DNA from: Klebsormidium nitens
Taxonomy: Eukaryota > Plantae > Klebsormidiophyceae
Direction: 5' to 3'
DNA: 64,000 nt
NCBI GenBank assembly: GCA_000708835.1
Contig: DF236981.1
Coordinates: forward strand, 124,001 to 188,000
In this document: positions 1-11,600 of the stretch, piece by piece
Numbering within the stretch: the stretch's first letter is position 1
Layout: every line of letters starts with the position of its first letter
The notes under the pieces: generated by a model
Database searches by the model: none
Seen by the model: the letters and a program-made list of their open reading frames with translations, nothing else
What the model was told of the DNA's origin: nothing
Made by a program: the position numbers and the translations under genes

Positions 1-608
1 CTTTTAACCCTCATCTTCTCACGCTTCGAAGACTCTGAGCATTTGCAAGGCTGCAACTTCTTTCCCGTCCCTGCTTGGACCACAGGACCGTCAAATTGTT
101 TCATGCATGTTGCGGTTGAACATGTTACAAGAGGCTTTCGGGAACAATTTCGCTGCTCTGAAAGCAGCCCAAAAAGAGGCCAACTCGGGGCTGCCATGTG
201 TTGTGAAGCCCAGCAGGGCTTGTTGAATTGGGGCGAATCCGTCAGCTCGTTTTCTGCCATGCAGGGGCGCTTTGGATCTGTTCGACAAAGTGCTGAAGGT
301 CGAGCCTCGCAGCTTAGAGTGCAAGTACTTCAAAGGAGCCTGCTTGCACGCCATTGGACAATACACCGAAGCGGTGAGCAAGTCTTGAGGTTCTTCTTTG
401 ACATTCTTCGAGCTCCTTTGAACGGGGCACTTCAACCTTGGCGCCAGCTTTTCCCCTGGATAGGAGCGTTTTTCTCTGCAACCAGTACAGCAAAAGACAC
501 TATATGGTCGTTTGCCTTCGTGGACCTTTGTACATTGTCTGGTAAATGACTCGACAGCAGGTGTCGAGTGTCTGAGCTTCAAAATCAAGCTATAAATTTT
601 TCCTGCAG

Positions 609-3600
609 TTCAAAGAGTACAACGATTGTCTGAGTATCGAGAGCAGCGACGACAGCGTAGTCGTCGCCTACCTTGCCTTCTATCAGGTGAGCTGTGAACC
701 AGCGCCACGTCAGCTTTAAAAGTCCACCATCTGCACGGAAAAGTCGCTCAGCTCATGACACGATGCTCTTCGTAGGGGCGCTTGTTGATAGCATCAGACC
801 GCCACTTTGCGAAGCTGTAGTAGGATCAAGTCGCACTACCAGTCGGCGTCCGACAGCTTGCACAAAGATAAAGGAATTTGACTCTGGATGCACCAGCATG
901 CGGTGCTGCTCTCGAGGCCCAGGCGTTATGCAAGGCAACACAACGGCCAGGGCTTTCGCATTCCGGACTTTGCACGGTGGACATCTCACGACTCATCTCA
1001 GGAACCTTTTTCTAGGCGGCTATAGTCTGAGGAGAAAGGGAAATACCAGAGGGCAGGCGCGACGGACGGTAGAGTGCGGGCGTGAGAAACAGAATGATTG
1101 CCATTGATTTTCTTCTTTTTTGTGGCGCAGCGCGAGGTAGCGCGGTACACCTTGGCAAAGCAGTGGGGGCCTTTGGATGGGTTCAACATCGACGAGGACC
1201 TGGATCCACTCTTCAAAGTGAGCAGAACCCGTATCTACTTCCTCAGTTACATGTATTCCTGTAAATGACCTTGCGGAATTTGGTTCTTGATTCCGCTTCA
1301 GGCTTTCTTGACTCGGGGCAAAGCCTCTGTGAGCACTGCGTTCGGATTTCATTTCCAAAGTCGAAGAAAAGCTGGACAGGCCTTTTTTGGCCGTTTGTAC
1401 GCTTTGGTTCTAGACAATGAACCACATAGGTCTTCTGAGGTGCTGATAACGCCTTTCGCCAAGGCGTTGAGGCGCTTTCTCCTTCGGTCAAGCCACCCGA
1501 AAGAATGCCCTAGTGTTCCTTCTTTTATTTGACTCTCGGAAACTTTCAGATGGATTGATCCAAGTGGACGAGTCCGTGTCCCCTCTTTCGATCATTTTGC
1601 GTCGTTCGCCAAACAACCTTGCGTCCTCATAAGACGCGTAACAACCCGCACCCAACTTGAAATCAGAAGCAAACTTTTGCATTCAAGGAACGGACTTTGA
1701 TTCAAGCCCCCCGTTGCTTTCCAGGAGGCGTGGTGTAAGAAGTTGAACCCGATCACAGTGGCCGCCCAGTTGGACCTTAAAAAGCAGTGGGAGCCGGCGG
1801 AAAGAGTCCCCGGGGGAGAGCAGAGCGACGTGCGCGCGCGGAATCGGCGGCAGCTGCTGACCCTGGCCGATCTTATCGGGCAACGCGTGCAGTACTCGTG
1901 CGATGGGTTCCTGCGCAACAGCCGGCAGGTGAGGCGCGGAGCGTGGGGGCTTAAGAGAATATGAGAAACAGAAACTGCCTGGAGAGTGTGGCGTCTTCGA
2001 GAAATTTCAGCAACTCGTTAGATAGGGTCCCGGCAAACCTTTCGCTGAGCGTGGGGGTTTCAGAGATCATGAGAAACAAAGTTTACCTGGAGAGTGTGGC
2101 TTCTCCGAATTATGTCGGTGCCTCGTTTGACAGGGGGCCCGGAATTCTTAAGCTGAGCGCAGGGTTCCATAAATCATGAAAAACAGACCTTACCTGGGGA
2201 GTGTGGCCTCTTCGAAAAGCGTCAGCTAATCGTTTGACAAGGCCCGGCAGATTCTTTTACCTTGGTCAATGTCAAAGGCGTCGATTCACAGGGCGGAATC
2301 GTTGCTGTCTCACGTGCAGATTGCCACGAGTGAGTACTGAAGTCTCTGGTTGGGGGGGCTATCAATGAGAAAACTTCCGTGGGATTCCCAATTCTGGCTC
2401 GCAAGTCAAAAACTTCTGTCCGTTATCTTCTGTTACCTCAAGGTGCTCCCAACCGACGTCGTCCTCGTTGTTGCCTACCCCAAATCTTAACGGCGGGTAC
2501 AGGAACGCGTACACTAAAGCGCACCTGATTTCTTAGGTCTTCTCCAAAGGTCTGTGATTCGCGTACTCGTACCTTGCATGGATTATTTTCCAGGCAATCC
2601 AAAAAGTCAGGCACATACTATTTTGCTCCTAATTGCATTCGCTTCAACTTTGACTCTGGCTCTCGTCCATTCCCAGCATCGGATGGCGGGCTTAGCGGCT
2701 TTGGAGGTGGCCCAGTCCGTGAGTGCCACGTGGCAAGCCATGTGGGAGGCACGCCAAGAGTCCGCGGCAGGCGACGAGGAGGCAGAGTCGCTCACGCAGG
2801 CGGAACAGCTGAAGGCACCATGTAAGTTGCCCGGTGTTCGTTTCTTTGAAAAGATCCACTCCTCCTTATATTCTTCTTTGAACCTTGAGATTGGTGGAAG
2901 GCTTTATGAAGGTGCTGCGCTGACGTCTGCACATCGTTAAGAGCCGGTCAGAAAGGATCTGCAGGAGCGAGAATGATCTTCAAATCAGGCACCACTTCCC
3001 TTACGGAAAACGGTGGCTTTCTGAAATATTCTGTTCCTGTTCGCGTTCTCCTGTATTGCTGGCTGTATAATATCTGTGTGAATCAGGTCCTGCATCGGAG
3101 TATGCTTGTGCACGCTTTGAGGCGATTGGCACTGTCGGGTGTTATAGAAACAATACCCAGGGTTTTACATACGTCTCATTTCCGTGTCGGCACTCTGAAT
3201 CTGGAGACCCCAAATGAGCATCTCTAAATCAGATCCGTTCTCGCCGCTTCCATAAGCAGATGTACTTACGAAAAGCCAACCGCAACCATAATGTTTTTTC
3301 TTGTCTTAGAACCATCAGTTCGAATCCTTTGGTTTTTTGGTTTACTTTCAACAAGGCAGTCTCTCGTTTTCCGATTCAATCCCTTGCATTGTACGACCAC
3401 TTAAGTCGTCTGCGACCTTTATCTGACGAAAACCTTTCACAGGCATCGCGCAATACCACTGCTTCCTGCTTACATGCTTCTCTCCGCGTCGTCGCCTTGC
3501 AGTCGAGACGCCGCCCGCATCTCCCTCCAAACCCCCCCCCAGCACTTCCGCCCCCGATGCTGCTAACCCCACCCCCTCAGCTTTCAGCACCCCCCCACAA

Positions 3601-6600
3601 ACCCCCGGGGGTACCAGCCCCCGGCCTAAACGATCCCCCCGAAAAGTCAGCGGAAGCAGTCGGAAAGGAGGAGAGCGGGTTGGGACTCGGGGCCGGGTCA
3701 TGCGCTGGCGGGCGGTTTTTGACACCGTTGTGAAGTGGCGGCAGATTGTGGAGCCGTGCGATCCAGTAGTGTGGGTCGACATGCTCAGGTGGGGAGATAG
3801 AAGTCCGTCTTCGGGCGTTCCATTCAGGTTTCTTGAAGAAGTATCTTCTTTGGGTGTACACTGGTGGTGTTTGCTGTAGGCGCTTCTCTCGCCGCCATTA
3901 TGCGTTTGCTTCACCGAAGCTTCTTGGCGGGTGCTTGAACGGACCATTAAGAGTCGCGCTTCAGATGCACAGATGCTCGTCGAACTTTTCTTCAAACGCA
4001 GAGTAGGGTGGTTCCTCTGCCTCTCCTTTGATTGAAATGGTGGGTTGCACTTTTGCCTTGCAGAATTGCAGCCGTCTTCTGAGACGGGACGTGTGAGCCG
4101 CTTCAAAGGATTTGCATCAGAGTATACCCATGGCATCAGATCACTTTCTTTATAGGGCACTAGCAACAGCAGTCGCTATCGAAGTCCGCTGCTCACCTCA
4201 TGTGGTCTTCATGCAGTGAAAAGGAGTTCGCTGCCGGCTTTGGTTCCCACACGCCGCTCCTGCTGGGCCAACAGAAGGTTGTGCGCTACTACCCCAACTT
4301 TTTCCGGTGAGAAGCGCCCGCCTTCAAGTTCACGCGCTCTGCAACAGTTGACTGCCTTCTTCGGATGTCCCAACAAAGCCAGGGCCCATTTTCACCGAGC
4401 CTATTCTCACTGCAGGGCTTTTGCCGTCGCGAAGGAGCTTATGCTGGCCGAAGACGAGGCTGACGTTATCGGGACATCGCCCATAACAATCATGGTCCCC
4501 AAAGGCTAGTCGCACCAAGCGCCCAATTTTCACCGAGCTTATTTCCATCAAGGTCCCATTCCTACCGAGCTTATTCTGACCGCAGGGCTTTCGCCGTCGC
4601 AAAAGAGCTGATGCTGTCCAAGGACGAGGCTAACTTCGTTGGAATCCAGTCAATTACCCACCAAGTCTAGTCACTAGTCACACATGATCCTCTTTTCACC
4701 GAGCCTATTCCCACCGCAGGGCTTTCGCCGTCGCAAAGGAGCTGATGCTGGTTAAGGACGAGGTGCGCAATGCTCGGGACGTGCCGGTGTACCTGCTCGA
4801 GAAGGGGCAGCGCGCCGCGGTCGCCGCGGCCGCAGACTGCGGCGCGCTGTATGACGTCATCAAGGAGGACTTCTGGATCTCGACGCCGTGTTACAGTTTG
4901 GCGCACCCAGGCGAGTGGGAAGAAACGTGTTGCATATCCAAGGGGAATTTTGTAATTCGGTAGCTTTCGCCCTTGATTCGATCGACGAACCCTTTGTTTG
5001 CCGAATCGTAACATTTCATACCGCTTGCGCTCCGCCGCTGATTCTTCTCTTAATGCATAGTCAGATGAGGCTTTCACTAGCCACCAGAGCTTCGGAAGGT
5101 GCTTTGCCAATGGAAGGCTCGTGGAAAAAGTGTGTTGGAAACATGCAGCTCGGGTGCTGACGACAAACAACCCTCTTGATGATTACTGCAATCTCTGGGT
5201 TCAAGAATAGCTTGTGAAGTGCAAGTAATATTTCCGCGAGAAGCTTCCGAATGCCCGGTTCACATGCGACCGGATTGGCTGGTTAGACCGGTTTTGTCCG
5301 ACGTGGCGATTCCGCTTTTACCGGGACAAATAATCAAAACCACTTCGAGAACCGAGCAGAATTGAAGTCGGTTGCGGCGAGTACTTTGGAAGACTTGTTC
5401 AATCCTGCCCTTGACTTGACCTGGTTTTGAAGCTGCGTATTAGTGAAAACCAGCTTCGGTCGACGAAGGCAGTGTTATAGGGATTGAAAACACCACCGAT
5501 TTGGCCAGATTTGGGTTCCGGCGAAAATCGTAGACAAATGTGAACCGGGCATAACCGTCCGCATCTCTTGTTGGTCCTCAGGCAAGGTGCTGGACGGCAC
5601 GCGGCTGACTCTGCAGAAGCAGCGGGACGTGGACGACGCGTACGAGTTCTCCATTCGGACGCCGTGCACGCCGGACCGCTGGAAGAAGTTCGACAAGGAG
5701 CTCGCGTGCGCCTGGGAGGTGCGCGCGCGCGTTTTAAAGCTCCGGTCTCAGTGAAAGTACTCAATTCATGGTCGATATGGCTTTTTGAGGGTTTCAGGGT
5801 AAGGTCTTGTCCCGTATCTTTGCAAGGGGAACCTCGACCGGTAGGGGTGCGCCCACCTTCCTCCCTGCGGGGAACAGGGAAAACTTAAAAAAAAGTACTC
5901 AGCATGCAATACGCCTCAAATTCGGCGAACTGGGCTCGTGAGCTAGTTTCGGTTCCGTGGAGAGTGGCTTTTTGAATTCGTACGGCTAATTGACCGCAGG
6001 GGAAGCCACTGATTACTCTCTTTGTTCACGAGCGCCGAAAAGTGCTTTCAGGCAAAGACGGCTTCATATGTCCTTCAGCTTTGTATGCAGGTCAAAGCGA
6101 GTTCTCTATCAAAAGGCTGTTGCCAAGACTTTAATATGCACAATTACTCTGCTCCTCCAGGCCGTGTGCTTGGCGGCATGCGCCCGGTTGGAGCGCCCCA
6201 ACGACCCGGAGTACAGCAGGCGCCTCTGGGACAGCATCCTCACCCTGGTTTTTTACTGGTGGGTTACACCATCTTAACTAATGGAACACATTTCAGATTA
6301 TGGAGTCTTTACCTTTTTAAGTGGAAAGTTAGAAACGTGTACTTTGTTCAAAGGAAAGCATTGCCAACATTGGACTGGATCTGCTCTGTTGAGATATCAC
6401 TTTTGAGAAGGACAGGGCGCTCCAGGACTTTCATTGAAGAGGAGACGACTTGGACGCGGACGATAAAGTGAAAGGAATGGACTTGCAAAGATTAATAGAC
6501 TCGAAATAGAAATCGTGTACATGAAAATTGAAGTACCAAACTGCGCAACCGCGGGCAGGTACAACTTCATGCCGCTATGCCGAGGGACGGCGGTCGTGGG

Positions 6601-7132
6601 CTACATCACGCTCTTGGGCCTTTTTCTGGCCGCAGGCATGGAGGTGACGGCGACCATCCCCCCGGGTCTTCAGGTAAGACGGTCGCCCCGCCAAGGGTCG
6701 CGCTTTGTGTCAATCAGGCGAAATTGTTGCCGAAATAGTTCCGGAATGTCCCTGACTAAATCATGTCTTCTCTACAAGGCCGGTTAGAAAGAATGCGTGA
6801 TCAGCCCGTAGGGCTGTGCGGCACTAGGGAACTCAAATCCAGTTTCTTCTTAGGACTTCACCTTTCTTGACGTGATGTGAAAAACGATTGACCCAATTCC
6901 GTTCAAAGTATTGCAGGTTGACTGGGAGGCCATTCTGACCCCCGACGTCGGCGTGTTCGCATCCGCGGTCCGGCCCTGGCTGTACCCGTCCCTGAAGCCG
7001 ATCGACTTGATGGGCGATGCCGGGGGCGCAAAGTCCGTGCCCCGGGTGGTGGACGCTTTTCCGACCGTCCAGTCTGTGGTGTCCGCGCTCAGCACGGCGG
7101 AGGCCAAGTGGAGAGATGTGGAGAGGGGATAA
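609..7132 (+). CDS. SRFR1: SRFR1 / TTC13-like protein, C-terminal part (N-terminal TPR exons probably upstream of the window)
   Basis: Spliced exons 609-686, 1131-1217, 1725-1928, 2677-2821, 3503-3788, 4217-4306, 4720-4910, 5582-5718, 6161-6258, 6559-6673 and 6917-7132 keep frame. They encode LAFYQ..FNIDEDLDPLFKEAWCKKL, FLRNSRQHRMAGLAALEVAQ, VKWRQIVEPCDPVVWV, GFGSHTPLLLGQ, FSIRTPCTPDRW, YNFMPLCRGTAVVG and GLQVDWEAIL..WLYPSLK, all recognisable SRFR1/TTC13 C-terminal motifs. Confidence 0.9.
1961..2260. repeat. Intronic tandem repeat, about 108-bp unit, 3 diverged copies
   Basis: Units start at 1961, 2069 and 2177, each beginning atga(g/a)aaaca...cctgg(a/g)gagtgtggc and containing ...tcgtt(t/a)ga(c/t)a...cccgg. 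Confidence 0.85.
4389..4775 (+). repeat. Tandem decayed copies of the SRFR1 3' splice site plus exon start (2 echoes and the functional copy)
   Basis: The motif accgagc(c/t)tattc...gcag|ggcttt(t/c)gccgtcgc(g/a)aa(g/a)gagct(t/g)atgctg occurs with acceptor AG at 4414-15, 4584-85 and 4718-19. Confidence 0.9.
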
Positions 7133-8680
7133 AGGAGAACCAGAGGGAATTAGCGCGTTCTCTACATGAGTGAAAGTTGGTATTGTCGGAGGGTTTCGGC
7201 CGGTTGCTATGAAGCAATGCCGTATTGGCAGATGAGGACGCGTATGTGGGCTAAGTGCAAGCTAGCACTTCAATCGGAAGAAGTTACTGCGATTTGAGTC
7301 GATAAATAGCATCACAAGATCAAACTGATACTTTGCATCAATCAAATTTAGCACCTAGCGATTTGAGTCACCAGCTCAAACCTAACAGTAGTCTAGCTAC
7401 AAAGGAAGTTACCGTCGGTGTAAGAAAACCGTTTAAGCATTTATTGAACGCCAGGCTAAGAGAGCCCTAACAGTGAAACCTTTTTCGAGTCATCTTGAAA
7501 ATGTTCCTGCCATGTGTTGCATGGTACGAGGTCTCTTACTACAGAACAGAGCGCTTATAAGTTAGAAAAAGTGGACATGGGCCCACTTAATCGATCCTTT
7601 CTGGCACCAGACTGAGAAGCTCCATCGCCGGAGACAACGCGTGGACCTGGGATCCCGTGCCAGTTGCTGCCGCAGGTCATGCCGCGATTGCGCCCAAATA
7701 AGACGCCGCCGGCCTGTAAAGGCGCGTTGTGGGGCGGCCCCTATGGTCTCCTCGCGGATGATTGAGACCGGCTGGCAAGGAATGCCCTGCAATTGCGCCC
7801 TAGCAGCGTTTCTGGGACATCGTGGACCATCATGCAAGACGCCGGGTGCGCTCGCGTGAGTCCTTGCAGGTGCCCAACCGTGCTTGGCTTCTGAACTAGC
7901 ATGCGCGTATCATACATACAGCTCACAAGAAACGTGTTAGCCCAATCTAGTTCGTTCCTGTGACCATGTGGCAGAACCAGATCAACTGCTGGACTTGATG
8001 CTCTCCACATTCCGTGATTGCATGACTCTTCGATACAATGTCAACGTACGGCGCAACAGCGACAGCTCGCGTCATGCAATGTTGCGCTAACTTGTGAGGC
8101 CGCGCCGCCGGCCTAGAGGGATGATATACATTGCCAGATGGCATTCTATTGCGATATAAGTGCATTCAGCACACGAGATCATTGGGCCGCTGGACTCGAG
8201 CTCGTCACAAAAACAGCCCGTACCGGGCTGTGAGTTGGTAACGTTTTGCAGGCTTACAATAAGACACAAAAGGCATACGCGTCACGTGTACCAGCGCTGC
8301 CGCCAGCCTGGCATGCGAAGCCCAGCTTAGACTTATCAATCAACATCGTGCGCAGGAGGCCCTTGTACCGTCGCGCCCGACTCTTGACCGTCACACCGTT
8401 GCCGCTTTATGTTGCTTCATCATGCAGACAATTACTGAACTGAAAGTGAGGTACCGCAAATTAGATTAGATACAGTCGTAGCGTCATGATCCTTTCCTCC
8501 CCATCACCACATTATCAAGCCAGTTTATTGACGTACATATTAAAAGGACAAGATCCTATTTTCCTCCTACAGCGCCCGTTATTCTAGACGTTTATTCTGT
8601 TCCGTGCTCACCGGCGCCAAATTATTGAATCACTGAGAACGTTCAGGCGGTTATTTAGAGGTCGTTTCCATGTCACGAGC

Positions 8681-11600
8681 TCAGGAGAAGGAATCCATGT
8701 AAGGCAGAGCCGGTGGGGACGCCTTCTCTGCAACTTCCACGGTGCCCGCTGCTTTCAGCGCCGCCAGGGCCGTTTCCTCGCAGATACCCAAAATCTGCAC
8801 ACCAGCACTCATTTGCACTTAGTCGGCTGACAGAAAGTACAGACCGAGGTTGGCCGTGTAGACAGACTACCCGAGTGCATTTCATTGAGAACATTTCAAC
8901 CGCAGGTCAGCAATCAAGGACTGACTGCTCGACAGCAGGCAACGACGAGTAGGTGAGAAGAGTTCCAGATTAACCATGTCAAGGACAAGACGAACACATC
9001 ACAAAGTCAACAAGATGGAGACTGAGCAGATCTTCAGAAAAGCCACAGCAATCAAGGCTCATGGACAAGGGGAGCTGAAACATACGGGAGAAACTCGGAA
9101 GCCTTACCGTGTCAGTGAGTCCCTGCAGCTTCGCTTGCTCCCCCACCTCCACCCACGCGCGCACCTGCTGCGCGGCCGCGCGGAGGCGCCCGGCCGCGCT
9201 CAAGAAAACGGCCGCGTCCACGCGGCCGCCATTCAAAACCTCAAACCCCTCGTCGCGCTCCGGCTGTACATTTGCGTCTTCCGCTGCGTTCCGAGACTGT
9301 TCCGTTGCAGCGGACTCCCCTCCTTTGCTCGCTGACACAGACCCTGTAAGCCGGTCGAGAGTCGATCTCGGGGGCCCTCTTGCGTTTCCATTCGAGTCGA
9401 GATCGGCTCCAGCTGAATCGCTGTCAAGCAACGGCCCCGAGACCTTCTTCTCTTTTACAACGCCGTTCGTCGCGCTGGCTGATCCGTCCTCCGTCCGCGC
9501 CCCTGACTCCGGCGGAACTTTCCCGTTACAAGCCTCATTCTCGGTCAAGATTGTCGTTACGGAAGGGATCAGAGTTTCAAGGGACGGCGGCGCTTTTGAG
9601 GAAGTATCGACCTTCTCCATATTTTCGTCCCCTCCGAAAAGCACAGCTTCACCCCCCTTCGTCGCAGCCTCCGCATTCCTCAGGATTCCGGTTCCGTCCC
9701 GCCCTACCGCTCTGAGTGCGCTGCCGTCCGTTTTCGGGCGCGCTCTCAGCATTTCCGTTCGCTTCCGCTGAGCGGAACGCCGATCGTAACTGCGACTGCG
9801 AGGCGAGGTCGACAGTCTCGAACGCGGTCGGCTCCGGTGCTCACTTCGAGTCACTGACCGGCCCCGTCTTTCCTCCCTTCCAAACCTGAATTCCGTTCCG
9901 CCGTTCCGTTCCGCTTCCGGGGAGACGCTCTCCGGGCCAGCGGAAACGGACGTCTCGCGCTCGAAGTTGTCCCCGTTGCTGCTCCCGCTGCTCGACTCAC
10001 ACCCCGTCTTCCAGTTCCGTTCCGTTCCGTTCCGCCTGTCCTCCCGGGAGACAGGAACAGCTTCGAAGAACCGGCTGCGCCTCGGAGAAAACGATTCCGA
10101 CCGCTCTCCCCCGGGCTTCGACCGCCCGGTAGATTCTCCCGACACCGGCCGACTCTGCTTCCCGCCCCGCTTCTGTTTCTCTCGGCCGATCCGCGAGTCT
10201 GCAGAAGGCCGTCCGTTCCGGCCCCTTCCGCTCGACGGACTTGCGCTCTTGGAGCCCGTGTAACGGTGTTTGGCAGCCCTTCTGCTCCTTCCCCTTCCCT
10301 CGGGCAGTTTTTTCCTCAGCGTTTCCCGGTTAACAGCACCGGAGTTCTGCACACGGAGCGTTTCTGCAACTTCCTCCGAACCACCAGGCTTATCAGCAGT
10401 GCCTCCCTCCAATTCCCCGGGCAGATCGCCGTCCCATGCCCTTATCTTCTCCGAGCCAGCCTCTAACCACTCGGAGCCATCCCCCGGTCTCCCTAACCAC
10501 CGCCCTTGACGCTCCTCTTCCACTTCCTTTTCCGCTGCCCATTCTTCCGCTCCCCACGCCCCGGAACCACCCTTCCGATCGCAACGATTCCTCTTTTCAC
10601 GCGCGCCCACGTCCTCGGTACACTCCCCCGTGCCCTTAACCCCAGCCTTTTTAACCGAACCCTTTTTTGTTTTACAGCCCCCGTCAGGCCCCCAAGCGCT
10701 GCTGACAATTGCGCACGTGCCCAACCGCTCCCTCCATGCCTTGGCACGTGCCGCGAACCCCGCCCGCTCTCCGTCCAACGGGAGACTCTCCAAACTCAGC
10801 CGTCGCTCAGCCGGCCGCGCCACGGTTGCACGGTTTACGGTTGCAGAATCTACGTTTGCAGGGTTTCCTTTGGCAGGGTTAACGGTTACGGGATTTGCGA
10901 TGCCCGGGTTTAGAGACGGCTCTTCTTCTCCCCACTCTCCCCCAGACGGCCGCCAGCCAAAGGCAGTGGGCCGGCTCAGCCTCGACCCCACGGGCCGTGA
11001 CGTCAACCCTTCCGAGGGCGACGTCACTGTGGAACCACCCGTCGTGTGGTTACCACTTTGAGCTGGAGTCTCTTCGCCGAGCCCCCGCGCAGACACCTGG
11101 CCGTTTCCTCCCCACGCTAGTTCTGCTGGCCGGCTGGTGCCCAAGTTTGCCGCAGATGAAGGGGAGTCGAAGTTGGCGACACCCCCAGGGCTCGCACCCT
11201 CTCTCTGTCGCCCTTCGTTGCCACTCAGATGTTCCTCCTTCCCGCCGGCCTTTCTCGGCGTGAAAAAGTCCTTTGCGGATCCTACCCCACCCTTCAGTTC
11301 GTCATCGCACGGTGCAGCAATCTCCAACTCCAGAACGCTTTGAGACTCCCCACCCCGTTCTACGTCCAGAACCTCGTCTGGGTGTGTGGCACTTCTCTTA
11401 CCCCATCCTTCGCTTTGGCGTCTGTCGTGCTCGATCTCCGTCGCCTCTCTTACGTCTGCCGCGGCAGCACTCTCAGCCTGAACACCCACATTTTCCAAAC
11501 GCGACGGCTCGAGCGCTCCTGAACTCTCTGCACTCGCAAACTGCCCCATGCTTGTGCTCCGGTCCCTCAATCCGCTAAGAAGCTTCCCACCCCCCTCCCT

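Noticed and set aside
43-588. Overlapping ORFs of 168 aa (+) and 165 aa (-)
   Set aside because: No recognisable motif. The region is most likely SRFR1 intron upstream of exon 609-686.
7562-8269. Possible degenerate PHD finger (CFCDELESSGPMISCAEC) and transposase-like fragments on the - strand
   Set aside because: Motifs are scattered over different frames with stops, with no convincing splice pattern or terminal repeats. A profile search would be needed.
9109-11578. Many 100-220-aa ORFs on the + strand
   Set aside because: Antisense shadows of the GC-rich long exon on the - strand.
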